NCBI GenBank assembly: GCA_018398765.1
Contig: JAHBMJ010000073.1
Coordinates: 1 to 56,541, forward strand
Direction: 5' to 3'
From: Chromera velia
Lineage: Eukaryota
DNA: 56,541 nucleotides
The stretch's first letter is position 1, and every line of letters starts with the position of its first letter. A model generated the notes under the pieces. It made no database searches. It saw only the letters and a list, made by a program, of their open reading frames with translations, and was not told where the DNA came from. Below, piece by piece: positions 10,909 to 22,885 of this stretch. The position numbers were made by a program, and so were the translations under genes.

Positions 10909-12891
10909 ATGTCGCCTCTTGTAGCAAGTGTCCTGTCTTTGGCGCTGACTGCTTCCCATGTACAGGCTTTCCGTCTGACAGACCCCTCAAATCTTTCCAG
11001 GCGCTTCCGCTCCCTCAGCGCCCCCCATGCCGTCTCCCCCGTCTCCTCCGAGCAAGCTGCCCAGAGCCTGACGGACGCAGAGGACCTCACCTTCCCTGAA
11101 CTGTGCAAACTGTTCAAGGAGACGCTGGGGGAGGGGGACGAACCGAGGGCCATCATTGCAAAAGGGGGGGGGGCAGAGGTGGCCCCAGGAGTGTTTCACT
11201 TAGGGTATCACGCAAAGGGAACTTTCGGAGCAGCCGCGTATCTTGTCACGTCAGTTACGTGGGTGACCTCCGGGCCTCTGGTTCACGGTTCCTCTACCTG
11301 CCATTTGGCTTCGCTGAATGCCATTGTTTTTTGTCTCTCCCGTCCTTCCCATCTTTGCATGTCTGCATTCTGGACATCTTTCGAAACTAAAGAGTCTTCC
11401 CATTTCCCGGGGCCGGGTATTGCGGTTGTACAGGAGACGGCATTGATTGCGTAGATGCATAAAACTGTTGTGAAGTGCTTCCACAACCATTCGATCAACT
11501 GAATCTGCAGAGGCACCCCGGTGGGCAATGTGATGATCGACTGTCCCCGTTTTTCCCCTGAGCTCCGGGACGCCCTTGCTGCCCTGGGAGGACTGGACTT
11601 CATCCTTCTCTCCCATACAGACGACATGGATGGCCACAACACATGGGCAGAGGCCTTTCCGGGATGCAAACGGATCATTCACGGGATTGAGAGTCGCACA
11701 GGGTGGAACAGGAACGAGCAGAAGCCGTGGGAGTGCGAGGTGCAATTGGGAGATGAGCAGACGGACCCTAGTCTCAAATGGGCCGAGGGCCCGGGACCCT
11801 GGTACATCGGGGGGGAGCCCTCTCTGCACGTGATACACACACCTGGGCACTCCAAGGGACACGTGACGCTTCGTGTAAGCGACCGGTTTCTCTTCACAGG
11901 GGATCACTTGTCTCTCAGAAGGGGGCGGAAGCTGAAGCCTGACGACCCGCAGTTTTTGGGATTCAGCCTTATTTATGGGGAGGATTTTGAAGAACAAGAA
12001 AGGTCGGGAGATGAGACGGATCTCGCTTCGTTAGTTTTTTGAAGAGAGAGTGTCTTGAGGCAAATGCTGATACAGGGAATGTGTGTGTATCCATTCTTTC
12101 TCAACCTTGATCATCTGACCGGCTGTCTTTCTGAGGGAGAGAGAGGNAGAAAGAAAGAAAGAACGAACGAACGAACGGAAGGAAGGAAGGCAGGCAGGCA
12201 GGCAGGCAGCAAGGAAGGAAGGAAGGAAGGAAGGGAAGGAAGGAAGCAAGGAAGGAAGGAAGGAAAGGAAGGAAAGCAAGGAAAGAAAGGAGAGCGGGCA
12301 AACAAGAAAGAGAGAAGGAAAAGAAAAGAAAGAAAGAAACAACGAACGGACGAACGGAGGAAGACTGACAGCTGGAAAGATTGGGAGATTTAAGTGAGGA
12401 GAGATAAAGAGTAAGAGAGAATGAAAGAATCACAGGAAAAGTGAAGCAAAGAAAGAGATAGAGAGGCGTGAGAAAAATGACGAATGGCGCACCATTCATT
12501 CAGAATTATTCTGCGAAGAGCGATTTTAGAGCCAGTTCTCTCCTCAGCAGCGGGTCCGTCCTTCAGTCAGGCATTCAGTCAACTGGCCATCCAGTCACTC
12601 CCTCAAGTGGCCAATCGGTCGGTCAATCTTCTAGTCAGTGATGCAGTCAGTCACTCAGGCAGGCCACAAAGTGAGGAGAAAATTGGGAACGGGGAGACAT
12701 TGCGTGCCTGAGGGGTGCAATGCCATGCATGTGCTACGGGACAAGAGAAGCTTAGTCACTCATTTGCGCCTGTGAGACCGCAGGCATGCGGTGTTCTGCG
12801 GCACGTTGTGTTCTCGAAATCTGGCTTGTGCTTGCTCCTCGGTCATGTTGCATAACTACACGCGATTTCCCCCCCCCAACTTCCTCTTTGC

Positions 12892-12967
<76 letters not shown>

Positions 12968-13145
12968 ATCTGTTCTAAAGCTTGCTGCGTCTGAGCACCC
13001 TTTTCGTTGGATCCTCCCAGGACACGGCCACCCTTTTCAGTTCTCTGACGACGAGTCGCGCCAGAAGCTGCTGAAAGAAGCCGCAGACATCAGCAACTGG
13101 AGGGAGAAGGATGCTGTGTTGACAGGCAAAAGGAGGAAAAGTTGA
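10909..13145 (+). CDS. Metallo-beta-lactamase-fold hydrolase, 3 exons (10909-11249, 11511-12002, 12968-13145), probably plastid-targeted
   Basis: Phase-compatible GT-AG junctions join GYH..TFGAAAYLVT/GTPVGNVMIDCPRF; motifs LSHTDDMDGH, HTPGHSKGH, FTGDH, WILPGHG; N-terminal signal peptide ending VQA-F followed by a Ser/Arg-rich segment. Confidence 0.9.
12147..12362. repeat. Purine-rich (GGAA/GAAA/GGCA)n microsatellite in intron
   Basis: Direct reading. Confidence 0.9.
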
Positions 13146-13540
13146 GAAAACAAATGCGGGTTCATGCACGAATGGATTCAATGGAAAATTACATCCGTAG
13201 TGTATCAACACACAAGACTGAAACGTCCATTTGCAAACTGGAGGGAGCAATTCAAAAAATGCTCGCCCGGATCGAACGCAAATTGAAGCGAGCCAGTTAT
13301 CTTCCAATTAGTTCGCCATCATGCGGATTCATCATTTATATCAGAAATTAATTAGGATAAGAAGTACTAAAAAGTTATACATTACTGGTTCGCGAGAGCC
13401 TTAGAGAAGACTCATTGACTTGAATTATGTACCTCAATTATAATTTAATTTAAATTATTCAGACTAAAAATTCAGTTTAAAACTTTGTATTCATTCTGCA
13501 CAAACATTCTAACTGATAAGATGTAATATTAAAAAAACTA

Positions 13541-13761
13541 GGCTCCCCATATCAAAAGAAAAAAAAAGAAAATTAGGCTAAAAACCTATTTTTTTTTTTT
13601 GATTTTCTAGAACAACACCTGAACAACTGTTGTTTGGGGTGTTGCATGGGTATTGCACAATGTACAAGTGTTGTTTAAAAGAAAAAAAAAAAAAAGAAAA
13701 AAAGAAAATCAAAAATCAATTTTAGGCAATTACTTTTTTATTTTTTTTTATATGGGGAGCC
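13541..13761. mobile_element. MITE-like element (221 bp) with TA flanks
   Basis: cTA|GGCTCCCCATAT...ATATGGGGAGCC|TAg, with A-rich and T-rich inverted subterminal tracts. Confidence 0.75.
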
Positions 13762-13782
13762 TAGTAAAAAAAAAAAAAGAAA

Positions 13783-13826
13783 TGATTATTGATTGATTGA
13801 TTGATTCATTGATTGATTAATTGATA
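13783..13826. repeat. (GATT)n tract, possible retroposon tail
   Basis: GATT repeats; similar tracts at 22443-22490 and, reversed, 28084-28103. Confidence 0.7.
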
Positions 13827-14931
13827 GGTTCCGTATTAAAGAACATCAAAAAACAATTGATTCTAGACTCGATTAAAGTTATATTTTTTATTGCACTTCT
13901 GTTACATATCCTAGTACATACGTAGTTACATACTGTAGTACATATACACATAGATTTCTAACTTAATCTACCTCAACTCATTGACAACCTACTAAGCCAA
14001 TTACTTTAAAGTACTAATACTTTATGCTGAGGCTTATGCTCTACTATTTACTTCCATTCTAGTAGGCCAGGTAGCCCTATCTAGCCCTATTAATTTAGCC
14101 CGCTTAATACAGGGTGGTTAAGTATGGTCAATATTGGTCATTGGTCAATTAAATCAGTTCATTGAAGTAATCTAAAATAATTCAAACATACTCTCAGTAC
14201 GTGTTGCATTACATCTTAGTACTGCCCTCACTATTTTATGCCCTTATTTGCAAATGGGAGCTGAACAACCAGTATTCATTCAAACGATTCCACAATAGTT
14301 TAAACAGCTCGCACGTCAAGATCAAAAACTCTTCCTTTCATTCCTTCCTTGCTGCCCTCTCACTGTACCCTCCCACAGCATCTCCTGGAAGCTTCTTCTC
14401 TTCCTGTGCATGAATGAGCCTGTATGATGTCTGGCTTCAACTGTGTACTCGTGTGTACTCGCTGGCTTTCTCCCACCCTGAAGGCGTGGTCATCCTGAGA
14501 CACGGTGTGTGTGTGGACACGTATGTGAAGCATTGGACACAACCGAAAAGCAAAGGGAAAAAAGACAAAGAGGGACATGAATTCTCAGTACAATTAATTT
14601 GTTGATGACGTCTGCGTTACGTCTGCGCTTTTTCCTCTCGTTCGTTTTCTTTCTTTTTGCTGCGCAGAGCTTGCGGTGTCTCAGTTGGGCTGTGGCGGCC
14701 GAGGATTACTCACTGTCTTCCGGCAGTCTGCAAACAAACGCGCAGGGAGACAGACAGACAGACAGACAGGGAGGGAGGGAGGGAAAGAGAAAGAAGTCAG
14801 TGAACCGCTGAGCAATACTTAGAAGTTGGAAAGGCCTAATGAATGAATACGGAGAGGTAATGGATACACACACACACGACTCCTCCCCCNCCCCAGACAC
14901 ACACACACTCTTTCTCTTCAGCGCTCTTCTG

Positions 14932-15240
14932 TGAGGGTCTAAATTGCGACCAACTTTTTCCAGACGTAAAAAAAGAAAAACAACTTTCTGTTCAATGAGG
15001 GTCTTGATTGCGACCAACTTTTTCCAGGCGCAAAAAAAGCAAAACAACTTTCTGTTCATTAAGGGTCTAAATTGCGACCAACTTTTTTCAGACACAAAAA
15101 AAGCAAAACAACTTTCTGTTCAATGGGGGTCGAAATTGCGACCAACTTTTTTCAGACGCAAAAAAAGAAAATTTAAACAAGTTTCTGTTCAATGAGGGTC
15201 GTGAATGCGACCAACTTTTTATTTTTGCCAAAAAAAAATA
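14932..15240. repeat. 64-bp tandem repeat, about 4.7 copies
   Basis: Units start at 14932, 14996, 15060, 15124 and 15193: TGAGGGTCTAAATTGCGACCAACTTTTTCCAGACG...CAACTTTCTGTTCAA. Confidence 0.92.
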
Positions 15241-15267
15241 AGAAAAGAAAAAATAATGTCGTATTAC

Positions 15268-16704
15268 CCGTCGTGCAGCCGCTTTTCCAGCGCGTTGAGG
15301 CTGTCTCTTGGCAGTCGCCTTCCGGTTCCCAGCTCCCCTCTGCTTCTGCTGGCCGTGCTGTTGCTGCTGCACCACTGGGCGAGGGAGAACCACTGGATGC
15401 GCCACAAGGCCTGGGGCCGGAAGGGCTGCTGCTCCTGCTGCTGGAAGGGCCGGAGCTGCCTGTTGCTGTTGCTCTTGCTGCTGCACCACTGGGCGAGGGA
15501 GAACCACTGGATGCGCCACAAGGCCTGGGGCCGGAAGGGCTGCTGCTCCTGCTGCTGGAAGGGCCGGAGCTGCCTGTTGCTGTGGCTGCTGCTGCTGCTG
15601 CTGCTGCGGAATGACTCCATTCAAACCCTGGGTGACTAGTGCCTCAACGAAAGCATTCCTTCGAAGCATGTTCAGTCCGGGGCTCGGTTGGGCCCCCCTG
15701 ACAAGCAGTGCCACAGTTGCAGGGTCCAGTCGGCAGACTCCTGTCGTTTTCTTCCCCCCAAATGTACCCGCACCAAACCCAGAGATCTTCCTCCTTCCCC
15801 CATGGCTGTCCTGATATGCCTTCAGGATGGAGACGGGTCGCCTTGCGGGTGGGGAGGAAGAGGTGGATTGCAACAGCGCTGCAATGTCATCGGAAAGGGA
15901 GCCCGACTTTTCCTACCACCCCATGAAGTGAAGGGCCGTCTCGGCTGGGGGGCGGTCTGTCACCGAGTTTCCCAACCAGTGGAAAAAGTCATAGAAGGCA
16001 TTGCCATCCACGAAGCTAGGAAAGCTCTTCAGTGCCTCCCGTGCCATCTCCCTGATAGGTGGGATGTCAGCCTTCTGGAACATACCTCTCATCCCAAGCA
16101 CCTCGTCAGGCATGTACTTCAAAGTTCCCCCCCCCATGCTGTTGCCCCCCTTCACCTCCCCAGAGAAAACATCGATCACCTTCCCCATCCCCCAGTCGAT
16201 GACCGTCACTACCCCCGGTTTCTTCCCCCCCGCACCGTCATCCTTCACCGTGTCCACAGTGACATTGGTCATTTTGATGTCGCTGTGGACAAGGCCGCTC
16301 TCTGCTGCTCTCTTCAACTGCCGCACCTGCTCTTTACTCACACGAAACATGAAGAGAGGGCGCTGCTCCGCAGAGATTGAATTCACGTGGCGAAAGAGAT
16401 GGTCCCCCCTCCATGCAAGCACCAAGCCAACATACCCCAAGTCTCCCTCCTGCTTTGTCCTGTCCACCGTTATTCCCAGAAATACCCCCAGACCCACCAC
16501 TTCCTTCAAATGACCCGCCAACTCAATCTCAGCAAGCAAACACACAACGTCTGCGGGCTTCACTGCGAATTTCAACACAACTTTCTCCCCCTTCCATTCC
16601 CCCAACCACACAGTACTGCACCCCCCCGAACTTCCCCCCAAAGGTCCCAAAAACTGAATGTCAGACCACGCAATGACTTGCACTGGATCCCACCCGAGGA
16701 TCAT
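15268..16704 (-). CDS. Divergent protein kinase with Q/A/P-rich tail; in-frame TAG at 15915-15913 (C-terminally truncated or pseudogene)
   Basis: LGGSSGGCSTVW loop, VVLK, HSDIKMTN, DWG, GTLKYMPDE. ORF 15088-15873 is the same frame after a single TAG. True start and 3' exons uncertain; possible donor GTAATA near 15267. Confidence 0.75.
15355..15582 (-). repeat. Two near-perfect copies of a 120-bp-period coding repeat
   Basis: QQQAAPALPAAGAAALPAPGLVAHPVVLPRPVVQQQ twice. Confidence 0.9.
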
Positions 16705-17505
16705 TCAAAAGATATTTGATGGCCCCGGTGCCAACAGAGAAACGAAAAACCACATCCCCCGACGCCATCTTACTAACTTTCTTGCGGTTCTTGGAGAAGC
16801 TTGACGTTCCTGATGGCTGCGCGCACTCATGCAAGGTCTGTGTTGAACACGAAGAAGCCGAAATACGCCATTCTTACCTGTTCCCTTTAATGCCAATCAG
16901 TGTACTAATTTAGATGCATGCGAGCAACAGAAACAACACGGAAGCAACACCGTGAGGCTCCTGGACCGTCAATAATCTGGGTAGCCTCTCATGGCCTCTC
17001 ATTGCAAATTGACAACCAGAAACATTCTCAAGGACAGCGGGTCCAGGGTACGCCTACACTTGTCTTGAGCAAAGATGATACAGAATAAAAGGGATTTCTG
17101 GTGGGAGACTGATTAAGATTTGAGTTTTGACCCAAAATGCGCGGATCAATTTTTAAAATTGCCGTTGTGGCGCGAAATTATCACGGTCGCGGATCGACCT
17201 AGCTATCAGGAATTCTCACGATCGATTCGGATCGAATTGACTGAAACAAACTTAAATTGAGATGTGTTGAATCGGGTTGCTAAATCTTTTCTTCTTCCAT
17301 TGTTTATATAGCTTTCTACATGCTGACTCTCGCCAGAATTACTGTGTATGTTGGTACTGAGCGGGTCATCTAGTGGAATCTTCCTTGAGGGTTCGTGGGA
17401 TCTGTTTTTTTGCTGTGAGCACGTATCCAATGCCAGTGGATTTTTCACAGCACCTCACTTGCAGTCCTTCAAGCTCTTCGATCGGTCCATTTTGAGTCCC
17501 GCATA

Positions 17506-18393
17506 ATGACGCTTCAGATCGGCACTTGGAATATCATGAAGCCGAACAAGGAGGCCACCCGCCACAACCCGTGCTGGGAAGCCCGCAAACATCTGTTGCT
17601 TTCTGCGTTGTCGAATGCACGGCTGGACGTATTCTGCCTGCAGGAGCTGTCGGTGGGCGACGCCCCTTTCTTCAAAGAGGCCCTCTCACGGTGCGGGTAC
17701 GTGATGGAATTCTACTCAGCTACTGAGGAAGACGGGCCTCACAGATTAGGTGTGGCTGTTGCTTTCTGTGCAGCGCGTCTGCAGACTTGTGCCCCGAGAC
17801 GGACAGGATTCTTCGAGGCACAGGACGAGGACGGGGAGACGCGTAGACGGGGGTTTCTCTCCCTCGATCTGCGGGATATTGGCTCCGGGTTAGTGACTCG
17901 AGTTGCGAGTGTGCATCTGTATGGGGGCAGCAGCAGGGGGAACCCGTTGGCTCTTGCACAGATGAAAAAATTCCGAGCCGACATCGAGGACGGAGCGGAG
18001 ACGGCGAGGGTGTTCCAGGTTGTTGTGGCAGGGGACATGAACAGCGATGTTGACGAGGAGCACGATCTGGGCTTTCCGGGGCCCTGTGGTTTCATGCTGT
18101 CCATCCCTGGCGGTGGCAATGGGGGCAGCGGGGCCTCTGCGTTTCTGTATGGTTCTGTCTGGAAGGAGTCGGCACCTCCTGAGGGGCAGGGCCGGAAGAT
18201 TCCGACGACGAACAAGCCAGGAGGCAGGCATCTCGACTGGGTATTTGTCGGGAGACGGCATGGCGCGGGGGCAGGTCCTTTGCCTGTTCTTCGTGCCCTG
18301 CCGCTTCGAGGCCAGGACAGAACGGTAAGCGACCACAGACTGACTGCCCTCGTGATTGAAGAGGCGGAAACTTTTGGAAACCAAGGTCCGTGA
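17506..18393 (+). CDS. Endonuclease/exonuclease/phosphatase (EEP) family protein, single exon
   Basis: TWNI, DVFCLQE, SVHL, AGDMNS, LDWVF and SDH motifs in canonical order. Confidence 0.92.
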   Translation: MTLQIGTWNIMKPNKEATRHNPCWEARKHLLLSALSNARLDVFCLQELSVGDAPFFKEALSRCGYVMEFYSATEEDGPHRLGVAVAFCAARLQTCAPRRTGFFEAQDEDGETRRRGFLSLDLRDIGSGLVTRVASVHLYGGSSRGNPLALAQMKKFRADIEDGAETARVFQVVVAGDMNSDVDEEHDLGFPGPCGFMLSIPGGGNGGSGASAFLYGSVWKESAPPEGQGRKIPTTNKPGGRHLDWVFVGRRHGAGAGPLPVLRALPLRGQDRTVSDHRLTALVIEEAETFGNQGP

Positions 18394-18653
18394 ATGATCG
18401 TTGTCCTGTGTAGTGAACTTTGAGTGTGGAGAAGAGTCAAATTCGGTGTGCTCTCCAAGCTTGTTCCGCTCAGAAAGAGGGTCTTTCGGCTCCATGCCTT
18501 GACATGACAGTCTGTGGGCAGAAAATGGAAGGTTGATGACGAATTGATAACTTTTGTGCATGCGATTCTCTTGTCAATACTCGTGTAGAAGCACTCGAGT
18601 TCAGATGTGTGCGTTTGACAGATTTTTGCTCTCTCTGTCTCTCTGTCTCTCTG

Positions 18654-18743
<90 letters not shown>

Positions 18744-18873
18744 TGTGTGTGTAAGCATCGGTGAGTGAGGTGTGAATTCAGTGACCGCGTGAAGTCCTTG
18801 TAGAGAGGTGTAGAGGGAAAGGGCGTTTCCCTGACTTTACGCGGCCCCTGTCGACGTTGTCTGAGCGCCTGTG

Positions 18874-19448
18874 GTTTTCTTTTGTCTTTGATTCTTTCCT
18901 TCTTTTCTGGATGCTGTGTTTTTCTTTTGTCTTTGATTCATTCCTTCTTTTCTAGATGCTGTGTTTTTCTTTTGTCTTTGATTCTTTCCTTCTTTTCTGG
19001 ATGCTGTGTTTTTTTTTTGTCTTTGATTCATTCCTTCTTTTCTGGATGCTGTGTTTTTCTTTTGTCTTTGATTCATTCCTTCTTTTCTGGATGTTGCGTT
19101 TTTCTTTTGTCTTTGACTATTTCCTTCTTTTCTGGATGCTGTGTTTTTCTTTTGTCTTTGATTCATTCCTTCTTTTCTGGATGCTGTGTTTTTCTTTTGT
19201 CTTTGATTCATTCCTTCTTTTCTGGATGTTGCGTTTTTCTTTTGTCTTTGACTATTTCCTTCTTTTCTGGATGCTGTGTTTCTCTTTTGTCTTTGATTCA
19301 TTCCTTCTTTTCTGGATGCTGTGTTTCTCTTTTGTCTTTGATTCATTCCTTCTTTTCTGGATGTTGCGTTTTTCTTTTGTCTTTGACTATTTCCTTCTTT
19401 TCTGGATGTTGCGTTTTTCTTTTGTCTTTGATTCATTCCTTCTTTTTT
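18874..19448. repeat. 45-bp tandem minisatellite, about 13 copies
   Basis: TTTTCTTTTGTCTTTGATTCATTCCTTCTTTTCTGGATGCTGTGT units. Confidence 0.95.
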
Positions 19449-19542
19449 GTATATTTTGTGTAAATTCACCGAGGGGGGGGAAACAAAGAAAGGCCCAACC
19501 GGTCTCTTTCTGTGAGCCTGTGTCTAGTCTGTCTGTGTGTAA

Positions 19543-19606
<64 letters not shown>

Positions 19607-21348
19607 TTCTCTGCCTGCTTGTGTGTATGCGTACGTATGTACCTCTCTTTCACTCTGTGGTTGTGTGCGTTTGTATGCAGAGAAAAGATGAAGACGAAGA
19701 GTAGAGGCCACCTTGAAGTTCTCGACCGGATCGTGAAATTTCTCCACGGACAGGTCTGTCAGGACTTCTAGGTGGAAGGAAAGAGGAAAAAAAAGGGTGG
19801 CAGGCAGAGAGAGAGAGCTGATCGAGCTAGGGAGGGTGTTTGTCTCTGCACTTGCGAGGGATGAGACCGACTGAGGGAGGGAGGAGAGATGGCAGAAGGG
19901 GGACGGCACAGAGAGAAAAAGAGAACGGGGGGGCATTTCTTGCTGCCCCCCTTGCGAATCGGAAAATTAATAAGAACGTTGGGGCGGGTGGGCACGGGGG
20001 CGTCAGAGACAGAGGGGGAGAGGAGACGCCTTGGAGCGAGCCTTTCTGCAAAAAATGGCAAAAAAAAAAAAAACGGAGGTGTCGTTGGGGGGGGTGGGAG
20101 ATGTCTCGAGTGCGCCTGCAGAGAAAAGGATACATGAATTGGTGGAATTCTTGACAGGTTGAGTGCATTCTCACTTGTGTTGAGAGAGAAGTGGGTTCTC
20201 CGAGATCCTCATCAGCGAAAGAGGAGGCCTGAAGAGACAGAGAGAGAGGGGGGTCAGAAGGAGACGGTACGAGAGATTGACCGCTCCACCCATCGTATGC
20301 CGGTGGGTGCAGATTGCCGCGATTTAATTCCCTCTGATTCCACTCATTCTCATTGGTTTCCCTGTATGGATCAGGTTTCAAAGGAGGGGTTGCTCATGTC
20401 TGTGTTTTTCTTGTCTGGTTTCTCCTCTTCTCGGTATCCGTGATTATGGTCCTTTTTCGTTGAGCAAATGTTTTTCCGGATGTTCTTGCACTTCTGTCGT
20501 GTTCTCGCATCTCTGTCAGTCCGGTTACACACGATGCAGAAGTTAATTTAGAGGGTTGCTATTTCCATTTCGATCAGCAGTCTTTCTGCTTTCTGTCGCT
20601 GCACTCCCAGCTCTCTGTGCGTCTCTTGTCTGCAGAATTACGCCGAATTGACCTCCACATGGAAAGAATGTGAGGAATGTGAGGGAATTAAAGAGTGAAG
20701 ACGAGATGATCGAAAGGGTGACATGATTAGTAGAGAAACACACGTCATACGTTCAAAACCCTACTAAAAGAGAACCGCCTTTAGAAGAAACAAAGGCATT
20801 CTTGCTAGCATTGTTATTAATACGCAGAAAGATCATTTTCTCTAGCATTTTCTACGTCGTTTTCAGCTAGATGATTTTTTAAGTCAGTTTAAATATTTAT
20901 TAAACTAGGTATTAAAATGATTTAAAATGATTAGATGACATCTAGATTGATATTTATTAATTTCATACTATTATTGCCTAGATAATCCTAAATTATTGTA
21001 TGATGAATTTTTTGAGGCATCAAAGACTTAAAGACTCAAAGTCTAGCTTTGATATGTGCTAGTCTAGACATATAGGAAAATGAAGTTTAAGAAAAATGGT
21101 TAAAGAAAGACAAATAATAGAAAAGGTATCAGAAAGTAATAGAAAGTAACGTCAAAAGTATTAAAAAACAAAATGGAAAATAGAGAAAAATCTTAGAAAA
21201 GGATAAGAAAGATGTAAAGAATTTTAACTCTTTAAGTGTACTTTAGAAAGATAAATAAGTAACACGAACGGACTGAAAAGAAAGATAAAAAGAAACAAAA
21301 ATATAAGAAAAGATAAGAACCAGGCAAAGATGATCTTTAAGTGAGGAC

Positions 21349-21423
21349 CCGGCCTCCATGGCCTACTGGCTGGGACGAGAGGCTCGGACCGAGAGGTCCC
21401 GAGTTCGAGTCCCACCACCGGCA
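21349..21423 (+). ncRNA. tRNA-like sequence (pseudo-tRNA or SINE head, tRNA-Pro-like 3' half)
   Basis: A-box-like TGGCCTACTGG, B-box GTTCGAGTCC; GAGAGGTCCCGAGTTCGAGTCCC resembles the variable loop/T arm of eukaryotic tRNA-Pro; acceptor and anticodon stems do not pair properly. Confidence 0.55.
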
Positions 21424-21443
21424 GAATTCCAAAATCCATACAT

Positions 21444-21735
21444 CCGAATAAAACGCGGTCTAAAATTGATAGAACCGAATAAAACCTGGTCTGAAATCGA
21501 AAGAAGAAAGAAGCGCGGTCAGAAATCGAGACGTCGAATAGTGCGCGGTCTGAATTTAAATAACCGTCAGGCCGGAAACCGAATAGTGCGCGGTCTGAAT
21601 TCGAAGTACCCGAATACCGCGCGGTGCATGCTCAGAATACCCGATTTTACCTGATCGAATTCCGCGCGGTTTGAATTCGAATTTAAGCGTGGTGATTATT
21701 TAGCTCTGAGATCGAATAATCACCTGGTCTAAATA
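21444..21735 (+). repeat. About 8 copies of a YCGAATAnngCGCGGTCTGAA motif at roughly 30-55 bp spacing
   Basis: Copies at 21444, 21475, about 21504, 21533, about 21579, about 21611, about 21655 and about 21712. Confidence 0.8.
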
Positions 21736-22885
21736 GACTGTCGCATCTGTAAAATCGGATCACGCAAGAAAAATCAAAATCCAGATTTTCCCGAGAGGAC
21801 CTCCGAGGTTATCGGTCATCTCGAGAGGTCGGACACCATCAGAATTGCCTCAGGCTTTCTGAAGCCAACTTGCAAACTGGAGCACAAACGTGAAGATCTG
21901 CACTCGATATTGACATAAAAATTGCGGTGAAATTGATTGATAAGCGATCAACCTTAGCGTCATAGATTGAACTTTCTTGAACTTAACCTCTGACTCTTCA
22001 GACACTTAGACTATCTTGAAGCCTTACTGGAATCTGACTAGCGCCACTTCCCTTTATCTATTCTGAGGGCTTCCAGTAGCTCTTAATAGCTTAGTTATAA
22101 CAACTGAAAAGCTAGCTAACAAGATATAAAAAATCATGTTTTTCTTAGTATGTGGACTATATAAACACAATCAAACAAGTGGTTATATGAATTAAAAATG
22201 TTTGTTCATTATGTTTTGGCCGTTTTTCATTCGTTTTTCATGTATCTTACACCTATAAAAATCCCGTTTTTACAATGAAAAGTTTTAAATTTAATGAGGA
22301 AACGACCTCTAGACATAAAAAGGTTATATAACCGATAGGTTAACCGGACCGAAACGCTTTTTAACGGCCAAGTCAGTTCGGTTCGGTTAATAACCTATTT
22401 CCTAGCCTATTTCCTGTCCCTGGCCTAGAGTCTAGTTTAAAGTTGATTGATTGATTGATTGATTGATTAATTGATTAATTGATTGATTGATCATAGTGTT
22501 TGTAGTTACACTGAGAGTTTTAGGCATTTTAATAATATAGGAAAGCAAAAAAGGCTACCGTGCAAGCAAAATATAAAGTTGCACGACTTAACAGTTTTAA
22601 CTAAACTTACGAATTCTAAGATACGTACCCACTTAGGTATATTGAATAATTCAAAATCTCTAGTAAAATCTAGAGTAAAATCTATAGTGTAAAGTGTCAG
22701 AAGATTTTAGGACTTTGTAAAAATAAAATGTGTTTGATCACTTTAACTGATGTCTAGCAAAAGCATAGAGAGCAAGAAGTCCTTGTGACAAGAGCGCTTC
22801 AAGCTCAAAATATATACTTCAAACACTGCACCATCTTACATGTTCAAACTAGTCTTCAAGTCTGCATGAAGCATGTTGGAGGAAG

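Noticed and set aside
17739..18758. 339-aa minus-strand ORF
   Set aside because: Antisense shadow of the EEP gene starting in a microsatellite.
21349..21423. Functional tRNA gene
   Set aside because: Acceptor and anticodon arms do not form a canonical cloverleaf.
21444..21735. CRISPR-like repeat-spacer array
   Set aside because: Repeats are degenerate, linkers short and irregular, context eukaryotic; kept only as a motif array.
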